From positions 480,001 through 544,000 of the forward strand of contig CAWCKY010000003.1 of the NCBI GenBank assembly GCA_963796275.1: DNA of 64,000 bases, written 5' to 3'. A program made the position numbers and the translations under genes. The DNA is from an uncultured Acidobacteriota bacterium (GTDB lineage: Bacteria > Acidobacteriota > Blastocatellia > RBC074). Under the pieces are notes generated by a model. The model worked only from the letters and a program-made list of their open reading frames with translations, ran no database searches and was not told where the DNA came from. Positions 56,040 to 64,000 of this stretch are shown here, piece by piece (position 1 is the stretch's first letter; each line of letters starts with the position of its first letter).

Positions 56040-56708
56040 ATGAATAAACGCCGCAATTTACCAAGCGATTCTCAATCAGACAGTCTCTTTGGCGATCTCT
56101 CCGCACTCGAGACCTTCATTCACACTGAAACCATCAGTGTTCCTCCGGATGACTCGCTTGAGAATATACGAGCCGATGTGAAGAACAACCATTCTTGCGG
56201 CGCTTGCAAACCTGGAATGCCGGTCGTCTTCGGCTTCGGCCCGGCCCGGTCCGAATTGATGTTGATAGGCGAAGGGCCGGGAATTGACGACATCAAATCG
56301 GAATTGCCGTTTCAGGGGCAGGCGGGCGTTCTCCTCGAACGTATGCTTGCGGCTATCAGCGTCGCTCGATCCGACTGTTATATTTGCAATGTGATCAAAT
56401 GTGTTCCGCCCGGCGAACGCAATTTTTCTCTGGAAGAGATCGAAGGTTGTAGACCCTTTCTGCTGCGCCAGATACTGGCGGTCAATCCGAAGTTGATCGT
56501 CGCTTTTGGCGCGCTCGCGGCGCAGACGCTGCTGCGGTCGAAGAAGACAATTTCTGATCTGAGGGGACGCCAATACACGCTACGCATCAATGACCGGGAG
56601 TTTGCGCTGATCCCTATCTTCAACCCGGCCTATCTTCTTCGTGCGGCCGAGAAGAAACGCGAAGCGTGGGAAGATTTAAAGATGGTTCGGGAATTTCTGA
56701 GAGGCTGA
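56040..56708 (+). CDS. Family-4 uracil-DNA glycosylase
   Basis: CGAC, LMLIGEGPG, PFQGQAG, NVIKCVPP, EGCRPFL, FNPAYLLR. Confidence 0.85.
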   Translation: MNKRRNLPSDSQSDSLFGDLSALETFIHTETISVPPDDSLENIRADVKNNHSCGACKPGMPVVFGFGPARSELMLIGEGPGIDDIKSELPFQGQAGVLLERMLAAISVARSDCYICNVIKCVPPGERNFSLEEIEGCRPFLLRQILAVNPKLIVAFGALAAQTLLRSKKTISDLRGRQYTLRINDREFALIPIFNPAYLLRAAEKKREAWEDLKMVREFLRG

Positions 56709-56709
56709 G

Positions 56710-57840
56710 TCACGCTTTCCCCGTATCCAACGGATTTGCCAGTATCAACTGTTGTTGCGGCATCGGAGCTTTAATCCCCTCCCGTTCAAAGGCGAATTTG
56801 ATGCGGCGGCGAAGCTCTCTCCCGATTTCGAAATGCTTAGTCGGAGATGTCTTGACCATCAGTCTCAGCGTCACGCTCGTCGAGCTCAATTTATCGACGC
56901 CCAGCATCAACGGTTCTTCCAGGATGTCGTTATGCATCTCCTTTTTTATCTGTTGCGCCGCGTCGACCATCAGCTTCATGGCGCGATCGATATCCTCGGC
57001 ATAAGAGACCTCGACATCCAGCACGACGCGAGACCAGTCCTTTGACATGTTGGAGACGATCGAAATGCTGCCGTTGGGGATCGATGTCAGTGCGCCGTCC
57101 AGGCCCCGGATGCGCGTAACGCGCAATGTCAGTTGTTCGACTGTGCCGCTGGCATCTCCGATCTTGACCGTATCGCCGACGCTGTACTGATCTTCGAGCA
57201 GGATTAGGAGTCCCGAAAACAGGTCTTTGATCAAACTCTGAGCGCCAAAGCCGACCGCGATACCGAGGACGCCGGCGCTCGCCAGGATGGGGGCGATGCC
57301 AACCGCGAGCGACTCGAGCAGGAACATCAAACCGATAAACGAGATGATCGTCTGAATCGCGCCACGAAAGATCGCCGAAAGCGTCTGTAATCTCCTGCGC
57401 GCCGCCTCATCTTTGGGGCCGGCCGCCCGGCGCTCGAACAGGCTGAAGACCGTTTTGATCAGCTCTGATGCGAATCGCATGAGAAAGATCGTAATGACTA
57501 AAGAGATGATGGCTCTGATGCCCTTTTCCGATATCCATTTGACTGTAGATCCCTGTATCCGGGCGAGCGTCCCCCCGAGGTCTTTGAAATCTTGCGACGC
57601 ATTCGGTAAGAGGTTTAGCAGGAGAAGGAAATAGAGAAACCAGACCAGCGTGCGTAAACCATAACCCGTCCATTCGAATATCAGAATTTTGACCGAGCGG
57701 CCCGCATCACCGTTTTCTCCCGCAGCTGGAACGAAACGACGCACCAGGCTTCGCTTCGCAACTCCGATCAGGAAGTGCAATACGGCGCACACCCCTGCCC
57801 CTGCGAGAAGAAACAGCAGGATTTTGTTGGGCTCAGTCAT
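56710..57840 (-). CDS. Small-conductance mechanosensitive channel (MscS/YbiO-like)
   Basis: ASAGVLGIAVGFGAQSLIKD, EDQYSVGD, LRVTRIR, IPNG. Confidence 0.9.
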   Translation of the reverse strand: MTEPNKILLFLLAGAGVCAVLHFLIGVAKRSLVRRFVPAAGENGDAGRSVKILIFEWTGYGLRTLVWFLYFLLLLNLLPNASQDFKDLGGTLARIQGSTVKWISEKGIRAIISLVITIFLMRFASELIKTVFSLFERRAAGPKDEAARRRLQTLSAIFRGAIQTIISFIGLMFLLESLAVGIAPILASAGVLGIAVGFGAQSLIKDLFSGLLILLEDQYSVGDTVKIGDASGTVEQLTLRVTRIRGLDGALTSIPNGSISIVSNMSKDWSRVVLDVEVSYAEDIDRAMKLMVDAAQQIKKEMHNDILEEPLMLGVDKLSSTSVTLRLMVKTSPTKHFEIGRELRRRIKFAFEREGIKAPMPQQQLILANPLDTGKA

Positions 57841-57868
57841 TTGTCAATTCGTTCAGGCCTTCCTTATT

Positions 57869-58720
57869 TTACCGGTTAAACACATTGGCCTGGTAGGTTA
57901 TACCGAAACTGACGCCGCTGCTCGCGCTGTCGCGATACACACCTTTGATCCCCGCGATATCGAAGGTCAAGCCCGCCGCGCGAATGCGGGCGCCGAGCCG
58001 CGCGCCTCCGTCCGACTCGGTCCCGAGCGGCGCTACGCTTCGCGTGCTGTGCCGCCCGTTGATTTCGCTCACCAGCGTGAATCGTTTGTTCAACCGGTAT
58101 GTCGCCGCCAGGCCATAAAGTAGCACGTCGTTCTGCGTGAAAGATGCGGCCGGCGCGGTCAGAATTCCGATACCGAGATTGGCCATAAGGTTGACCCGCT
58201 CGTTTGATCCGAAATGTTTCCCCGCCAGTACGGTCCCGAAGAAGTTGGTTTGATTCAACCCGATGCCGCGCGTTTGATTCGTGGTCGGCAACTCGGCGCC
58301 GAAACGAAAACCGAGTCCGGGCAGGCGCCGGCCTTCGGAGCGCAGTCTTAGCTTCGATGCCAGGTAGAAGTCGCCGACGTCCCTCGTAGAAGTTCCACTC
58401 GCATTCAACTGCAGGGGAACCGCGCTGGCTTGGTATTGCCGGGTTATGCTCAGATAATTCTGCACAACGCCGCCCATTTCCACCTCGACATTGGTTGCGA
58501 GGCCCGCCGTCAGCGCGATTACGCCGAGGCGCGACAGATCACCGTTTAAACCGGAAAGAGGAAAGTTCTTATCCTGCAGAAGCTCGAAACCGAGCTCGAA
58601 TCGAACTTCTCCCTGTTTGACGATCTCGACGTCTTCAGTGATGAGTGGGCGCTGCTGCGCGTTAACGGTTATGCTGATTAAGACAAAGAGGGGAAACAAT
58701 AGTGCAAAATTTTTAAGCAT
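57869..58720 (-). CDS. Outer-membrane beta-barrel (MetA-pathway/transporter-like)
   Basis: Signal peptide ending VNA-QQRPLITED; GDFYLASK; amphipathic strands ending FGITY. Confidence 0.6.
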   Translation of the reverse strand: MLKNFALLFPLFVLISITVNAQQRPLITEDVEIVKQGEVRFELGFELLQDKNFPLSGLNGDLSRLGVIALTAGLATNVEVEMGGVVQNYLSITRQYQASAVPLQLNASGTSTRDVGDFYLASKLRLRSEGRRLPGLGFRFGAELPTTNQTRGIGLNQTNFFGTVLAGKHFGSNERVNLMANLGIGILTAPAASFTQNDVLLYGLAATYRLNKRFTLVSEINGRHSTRSVAPLGTESDGGARLGARIRAAGLTFDIAGIKGVYRDSASSGVSFGITYQANVFNR

Positions 58721-58800
58721 GAAAACCTCTTTTATTGCGAAATTATTGAGGCCTGTCCCACGTTGAAGGCGTATTTTTTATTATTCTAGATTTATTAATG

Positions 58801-58906
58801 CCCGTTTATCACAGAGGCGCGGGGGATGAGGAGAAGACGCAATGCTGTAACTATGAATAAATGGTTGCGCCTTCTCCTCGTCCACCGCGCCTCTGTGGTG
58901 AACGGG
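58801..58906. repeat. Long imperfect inverted repeat (42-bp arms)
   Basis: 58801-58842 versus 58865-58906, 37 of 42 complementary; core CACAGAGGCGCGG / CCGCGCCTCTGTG. Confidence 0.75.
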
Positions 58907-58936
58907 TTATTCTCTTCCTCGAGCACGGCCTCCGAT

Positions 58937-60211
58937 TCACTCTGTAATTTCTCGAACGACTCGAAAACCGACGTCGAAGCGCGATAAGGTGGGGAAGTGG
59001 AAGTTGCGCTCTGCGGTCCGCGTTGAAATCAGGCCAGGCGCAAAAGCACCTCCTCTAATGACACGCGCTTCTCCTTCACGGCCCAGCGCCTTCACCGTTT
59101 TACCGCGCGATGGACCTTTCGGATTGTTGCGCTCGACATCGCCATAGTATTCGGGATCGTACCAATCCTGGCACCATTCCCAAACTACGCCGATCGATTC
59201 GTAATTGTTGCCGATCAGCTGGGCAGCTTTTTCCCATTCCGCTTCAGTCGGTAGTCGATAGCGCTTGCCGGTCTGTCCCGAGAGCCACTGACAGAAGGCG
59301 ACCGCATCCTGCCAGCTAACTAACACGACGGGCCTGTCTGCGTGTCCTTCCGGATAATCGTTGCCGTTCCACCCATAAATGGCCCCGCGCGGGCCCGTCC
59401 GGCGCGTCGCGTCGACGAAGTGTTTGTAAAGTCGGTTCGTCACCTCTCTGGTTGATATCTCGAATTCTGAAATGAAGATTGTATTTGCGGGGCGCTGATC
59501 GCGCGGCCCATTATCGCTTCCTCTGGTTAAATTGCCTTCACTTACCAGCAGCATCTCAAGCTCGAGGTCCGGTTTGAGCGCAACACTGACGATCAAGGTC
59601 TCATCCGGATTGAGCGTCACTTTTATGTTCAAATCCTGAAACCCTTCTTTCACGGCGCGTAGTTGCTGCGGCCCAGGCTCCAGATCCTCGATAAAGGTAG
59701 TTTTTCCCGGATTGATCCTGACGCTGCCTCCGTTATCGATAAATACATCTATCTCCGGTTCATTGGCGACCAGAGCGATACGGGCGGCCGCAGGTTTCTT
59801 TTTTATCGGTACGTCGAATCTGTTTCCCGCACTGCTCATCGTGAAAGCGCCTTCCCAGTTCTCGTAGCCTTCGGCGCGGACACTCAATTGATGTTCGCCA
59901 GTCGTCACACCTGTCAGGATCAGTCTCCCGTCAACGCCGGAGAAGCCGCGCGATCTGCCATCGATTTCGATCAACGCCCCAGGCGGCGCGACGATAGTCA
60001 ATTTAGGATTGACAGCTGTCGGGCGCGGCTCGGCTGACTGCGAGTCTGTCAGGCGCGGCTCAACTCGCTCCGCCGGACGTTTGGCGGTCTTGACCACGGG
60101 CTTTTTCTTCGAAACTACACGGCCGGAAGGGTCTTGCGCGAGAAGAGAGAGGCACAAACAGGGGGCGATGACCGTTGTCAGACAGATAATAAATATTTTT
60201 TTGCTGATCAT
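58937..60211 (-). CDS. Exported PEGA + FGE-sulfatase (SUMF1-like) domain protein
   Basis: Signal peptide, two PEGA-like repeats, EVTN, PVVLVSWQDA, RLPTEAEWE, VWEWC, RGG, GFRVV. Confidence 0.82.
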   Translation of the reverse strand: MISKKIFIICLTTVIAPCLCLSLLAQDPSGRVVSKKKPVVKTAKRPAERVEPRLTDSQSAEPRPTAVNPKLTIVAPPGALIEIDGRSRGFSGVDGRLILTGVTTGEHQLSVRAEGYENWEGAFTMSSAGNRFDVPIKKKPAAARIALVANEPEIDVFIDNGGSVRINPGKTTFIEDLEPGPQQLRAVKEGFQDLNIKVTLNPDETLIVSVALKPDLELEMLLVSEGNLTRGSDNGPRDQRPANTIFISEFEISTREVTNRLYKHFVDATRRTGPRGAIYGWNGNDYPEGHADRPVVLVSWQDAVAFCQWLSGQTGKRYRLPTEAEWEKAAQLIGNNYESIGVVWEWCQDWYDPEYYGDVERNNPKGPSRGKTVKALGREGEARVIRGGAFAPGLISTRTAERNFHFPTLSRFDVGFRVVREITE

Positions 60212-60258
60212 GCTTTTATTGGATTGCGGGGGAATCTGTGATTCTCAGGGTCTGAGAG

Positions 60259-61947
60259 TCATTGCATTACATCTCGCACGCAGCGGAAACCGGTCTTGTC
60301 AAATCCTTTATCCGGTGGAACGACGCCGCGGTAGGTCGTCGTCGCGCGCGCTCGGGGGACATCATAGGCTCCTCCTCGTATCACCATGCCTGGAAGTATC
60401 ACTTTCGTTACCTCAGCATAATCGAACAAATTTCCAGAGGTCAACTCCCAGACATTGCCACACATATCGAGAGCACCGAACGGGCTGGCGCCCTGGCTGT
60501 AACTGCCGACGGCCGTTACTTTCCCTTTATTGCCGCGGTTGGCATTAGCATAACCCGTTTTCCACTCGTCCCCCCAGGGATAGATAAACTGTTGAGGGCC
60601 ACGCGCCGCGAATTCCCATTCGGCTTCAGTGGGCAATCTTTTACCCGCCCATTTTGCATAGGCGCTCGCATCCAACCATGATACGGTGACTACCGGATGT
60701 TTAGCTTCGCCCGCCTTGAAAGATTTTCCTCTCCAGCTGGTGGGCACGGGATATCCCGTGGCGCTGATAAACTTCATATACTCTTCGTTAGTGACTTCAG
60801 TGCGATCGATAAAGAATGGACCGACGATAACGCTGAGCGGCGGGGTCGCGTATTCACCGCCCTGAACGCGCCCCATCTGGAATTCCCCCCGCGGGACATA
60901 GACCATTCCTTCAACAGGCGCAACGGGCGCCCCCCCCGCGGTCCCCTGGTTACTTGGGGCGGCCGCATTTTCCTTGGCCGCCGCAACCGCGACCGGTATA
61001 GGTGTGGCAGCGCCGGGGGAAACATCTGTCCCCGCTGATGCCTGTGATTTGGTTTCCTCATCTGCAGGAGGGGGGGAGGCTGTCTCCGATCGCGAGAACC
61101 AAAAGACCAATACGCCTGAAATTATCAACGACAGCGCGATGCCGGTGATCACGCGGGGCGACTGAAGGGCCCTCACCACCCGGCCCGGTTCCGGTAATCG
61201 GTTGGCAACCAGTCGCCGCGCAAATCTTTTTATCTCTTGGATATTGGCTGGTGGTAGAGCTTGTCCCTTAAGCGGCTCAGCAGCATTGGATGGTAGAACC
61301 CGTTCCTTCACCGGCTCGCCATTGCCCGGACGCGCAGCGGATTGTTGAATGGTTGCCTGGCGCCCAGTGGCCACATGAGAAACATCGATAATGTCCCCCT
61401 CTCCACTCGCCGGAACCGTGACCGATATCGCCTCTTCGGATTTCGTTGTCAGCGAACTCGACTCATGCGTGAGCCATAACTTACCCTGGATTTCAATCTC
61501 CAGATTGATCCCGCATGTCTCGCAGAAGCGCGAGTACGGTTTCGCTTCCGCCGAGCATTCGGGGCATAAAACCTTTTCAATCCTGGAAGGCTCTTCGACG
61601 ATCTTGAGATCCTTGGCTCGGAGCTGGACCGGCGAAGCCGGCGCCGAAATCGGAGGCATCAATGAGCGATCGCGGTCGAGGCCGCACGTCTTGCAGAAGA
61701 ACCAGTCGCTGCGCCAGGAAGTCCCACAGTAATAGCAGGCGCCTACGAGCGCCTCCTCTGTTTTTACGCCAAGACGATATCCGCACTGTTGACAGAAGTT
61801 CTCGCCGCGAGTCACGCGCGCCCCACACCGCGTACAGCAGATCGATTCGACTACTGGTTCAACCGCAGTGCGAACGAGCGTTTTCCCACATCGACGGCAA
61901 TAATTCAGATGATCCGGATAATGTAGATCGCACGCCGCGCAGAACAT
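60259..61947 (-). CDS. Zinc-ribbon + TM + FGE-sulfatase domain protein
   Basis: Eight CxxC pairs in the N-terminal region, TM helix, PVVTVSWLDA, RLPTEAEWE, DMCGNVWE, GFRCVR; start trimmed to ATG at 61947. Confidence 0.82.
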   Translation of the reverse strand: MFCAACDLHYPDHLNYCRRCGKTLVRTAVEPVVESICCTRCGARVTRGENFCQQCGYRLGVKTEEALVGACYYCGTSWRSDWFFCKTCGLDRDRSLMPPISAPASPVQLRAKDLKIVEEPSRIEKVLCPECSAEAKPYSRFCETCGINLEIEIQGKLWLTHESSSLTTKSEEAISVTVPASGEGDIIDVSHVATGRQATIQQSAARPGNGEPVKERVLPSNAAEPLKGQALPPANIQEIKRFARRLVANRLPEPGRVVRALQSPRVITGIALSLIISGVLVFWFSRSETASPPPADEETKSQASAGTDVSPGAATPIPVAVAAAKENAAAPSNQGTAGGAPVAPVEGMVYVPRGEFQMGRVQGGEYATPPLSVIVGPFFIDRTEVTNEEYMKFISATGYPVPTSWRGKSFKAGEAKHPVVTVSWLDASAYAKWAGKRLPTEAEWEFAARGPQQFIYPWGDEWKTGYANANRGNKGKVTAVGSYSQGASPFGALDMCGNVWELTSGNLFDYAEVTKVILPGMVIRGGAYDVPRARATTTYRGVVPPDKGFDKTGFRCVRDVMQ

Positions 61948-62080
61948 TTGGTACCCTATCAACGATTAAAGTTATCTTAGCGAGGCACCTTCTCGGTCGT
62001 GGAATATCAACCCTAATCATAGGGCACCAGGATTTGTGTCGCAAGCACCGATGGCGGTCAGAATTTTCCGCATTTTCCGC

Positions 62081-62138
62081 TTGACATCCTTCGACGATTT
62101 TCGGTATATTTTCGGTTGTAAAAGGAGGCTACCGAAAA
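62081..62138 (+). promoter_or_regulatory. lexA promoter overlapped by direct-repeat operator candidates
   Basis: TTGACA (62081)-N18-TATATT (62105); TTTTCGGT at 62098 and 62109 (11-bp period); inverted ACCGAAAA at 62131. Confidence 0.6.
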
Positions 62139-62743
62139 TGGCATTAACGCCAAGACAGCTTGAGATCTTCGATTTTCTGCTTCGTTTCCATCAGAAGCAT
62201 GGTTACGCGCCGACGATCGCGGAGATACAGAGCCATTTTGAGTTGAGTTCTCCCGCGACAATACACGAGCAGCTAGCCGTCCTCGAACGAGAAGGTAAGA
62301 TTCGGCGGCGGAAGAACATTCAACGCGGGATAGAAATTCTTCAGTCTTCCTTTACCGGGGGCGAATATGAGATACCGCTACTTGGTCAGGTCGCCGCAGG
62401 CTCGCCTATTGAAGCGATTTTACAGCGCGAAACGATATTGGTTGCGCCGGACCTCTACGGGCCGGAACGTTTTGCCCTCCGCGTTCGCGGAGATTCGATG
62501 AAGGACGAACAGATAGCCGATGGCGATTTCATCGTGGTCGAGCCGGCCGAAACCGCCCGCAACGGACAGACGGTGGTCGCTCTGGTTGACGACCACGAGG
62601 CGACGGTTAAGAAGTTATATAAAGAGAGCGGGCAAATCCGCCTCCAGCCGGCCAACGATCAATACAAACCCATAATTATCAAGCCGCCCCATAGAGTGAA
62701 AGTACAGGGATTAGTTGTCGGTCTCATCCGGCGATACAAGTAG
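62138..62743 (+). CDS. lexA: SOS repressor LexA
   Basis: AAGGAGG SD before ATG at 62138; LTPRQ wHTH, VAAG cleavage site, GDSM catalytic Ser, ATVKK catalytic Lys, LQPAN. Confidence 0.95.
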   Translation: MALTPRQLEIFDFLLRFHQKHGYAPTIAEIQSHFELSSPATIHEQLAVLEREGKIRRRKNIQRGIEILQSSFTGGEYEIPLLGQVAAGSPIEAILQRETILVAPDLYGPERFALRVRGDSMKDEQIADGDFIVVEPAETARNGQTVVALVDDHEATVKKLYKESGQIRLQPANDQYKPIIIKPPHRVKVQGLVVGLIRRYK

Positions 62744-63618
62744 AAGTTATTTTAGTGCTGCTGCTTGCTATCCCATTCTCTCTTAATTGTGCCGGTTGGA
62801 CGTATTGATTGTTGCATACTTGGGACGCAGATTGTTACTTGAAACTTTTATTATTCGGTTTCATTACGGGCTGGAATTCGGGCAAGTAATCAGGAATTGT
62901 AGAGAGTTTTCGATATCTCGCCTGCACCACTTGAACACTCAGCCATAGGGCGTCCACCCATCTCGGTTACCCGCGCCGGGATGGGTGTGACCAGCGCCCT
63001 GATAGATGGGCAGAGCGAGGTTGTGTTGAGTTTTTGATCAGACCCTCATCAGTTCTCTGGGAGTAGTCTGTTTGGTGATCGGCGCTCATGTTGATTACCT
63101 GATGGTCCATTGGTGCCGGTTTCACCGGTTGTTCTCAGAGGAGCAAAAAAACTCGAATCGAATTATTTGTTGTCGTGCTCCGAGGGCTCTGCCGTGACCG
63201 TTTAACGGCAGGGTAGTAGTCGAAGTCCGTCGTGTTGGGGAGAGATATCTCGACCCGTTAACTTAGGTTCACTCGTTTTGATACGAGATTATGAAGCCAT
63301 CATTGTCCGCGATAGTGGCTTTGATCTTAGCCCCGTCTTTGAGGTTGGTAGGATTCGAAAAATCCGGTTGCGCTGCGAGAGGAGTCTCGATTTTCAATTT
63401 AGCGGCTTTTGCTGCAATCCATCGAGTTATAGGACGGTATGTAATCGACGCTACCGGGTAACTAAATTTACCTCAACCAATCAGTTTTGCGAGGCCGGTT
63501 TAGGATCAAAAGCCGCGGCGCGGCAAGGTATCGAATTGCAAAATACCGGTTTTCAACAGGAGCAAGTTGAGGGCTTTACAATCTTTATTAAAGATTTGGA
63601 GAAAGATTTGGAGAAAAT

Positions 63619-64000
63619 ATGACCAATGTTCAAGATACATTCAAGCACAATCGGGCGCGTAAAAACGTCATTGTCGGTGGCATGGTGATTCTAGTCGCAA
63701 TTACTTTACTGAGTTGTGTGTCTAGTTTCATGATTTATCGGGAAGGTTTCGCCGATCTACCGCCGATCTTCCAGCACGCGCTTGCTATGTTTGCCGTGAT
63801 CGTTGTCGAGGGGGCATTTGTCTGGCTGGTTTACGGCTTTACGAGGGCCTTCTCGTCATTTTGGGAGAGGATGATCTCATTTTTGGCGATGTGGGGACTG
63901 GCTGCGGTAATGCTCATCAATATCATCACTCATTTCATGATGGTTAAAGGGAATGGGCTTCATCCTTTCCAACAATCCTGGCTAGCCTGGGGAGCGGTCT
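63619..64000 (+). CDS. Multi-pass membrane protein of unknown function; runs off the window edge
   Basis: GGAGA SD, ATG at 63619; open frame to the edge MTNVQDTFKHNRARKNVIVGGMVILVAITLLSC...FAVIVVEGAFVWLVY..., at least 3 TM helices. Confidence 0.7.
   Translation, partial: MTNVQDTFKHNRARKNVIVGGMVILVAITLLSCVSSFMIYREGFADLPPIFQHALAMFAVIVVEGAFVWLVYGFTRAFSSFWERMISFLAMWGLAAVMLINIITHFMMVKGNGLHPFQQSWLAWGAV

Noticed and set aside
58937-61947. Diversity-generating retroelement targeting the FGE-fold C-termini
   Set aside because: No reverse transcriptase and no template repeat with adenine-specific mismatches was found in the window.
63278-63622. 114-aa ORF overlapping the next start codon (ATGA)
   Set aside because: TTG start without SD, atypical composition and no motif; cannot be supported as a CDS.

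Overview
Bacterial chromosomal window, most likely Acidobacteriota and probably Blastocatellia-like. This is inferred from a TIGR03437-like domain, an ADOP-type permease fragment, TPR-CHAT proteins and hopanoid-associated genes. Core genes include oppD/oppF, glpD, fni, hpnG-like, yjbQ, hpnA, pckA, ntrY/ntrX-like, nadA, udg, mscS, lexA, tRNA-Asn(GTT) and tRNA-Ala(CGC). Two accessory loci stand out. (1) A ~10 kb block (9.5-19.4 kb) separates oppD from oppF. It encodes two signal-peptide-bearing NTF2-like/TPR/CHAT caspase-like proteases with near-identical protease halves and divergent TPR halves. Converging on them is an operon for an unusually large ECF-like sigma factor and a membrane-spanning anti-sigma with two zinc-finger motifs. 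This is a candidate periplasmic caspase-gated transmembrane signalling system. (2) A divergent locus (0-7.8 kb) encodes a TIGR03437/GlcG-like protein, an outer-membrane beta-barrel and a ~10-heme cytochrome c with LVIVD repeats, a candidate porin-cytochrome conduit. Also seen: a truncated sacsin-like ATPase with a decayed tail, a decayed att-like copy of the tRNA-Asn 3' end, tandem NrtR-like boxes at nadA, a variant direct-repeat operator at lexA, a hairpin-rich non-coding region after lexA, REP-like and heptamer repeats, and five +1 frameshifts that are probably sequencing errors. All family assignments come from motif recognition by eye; no database search was run.
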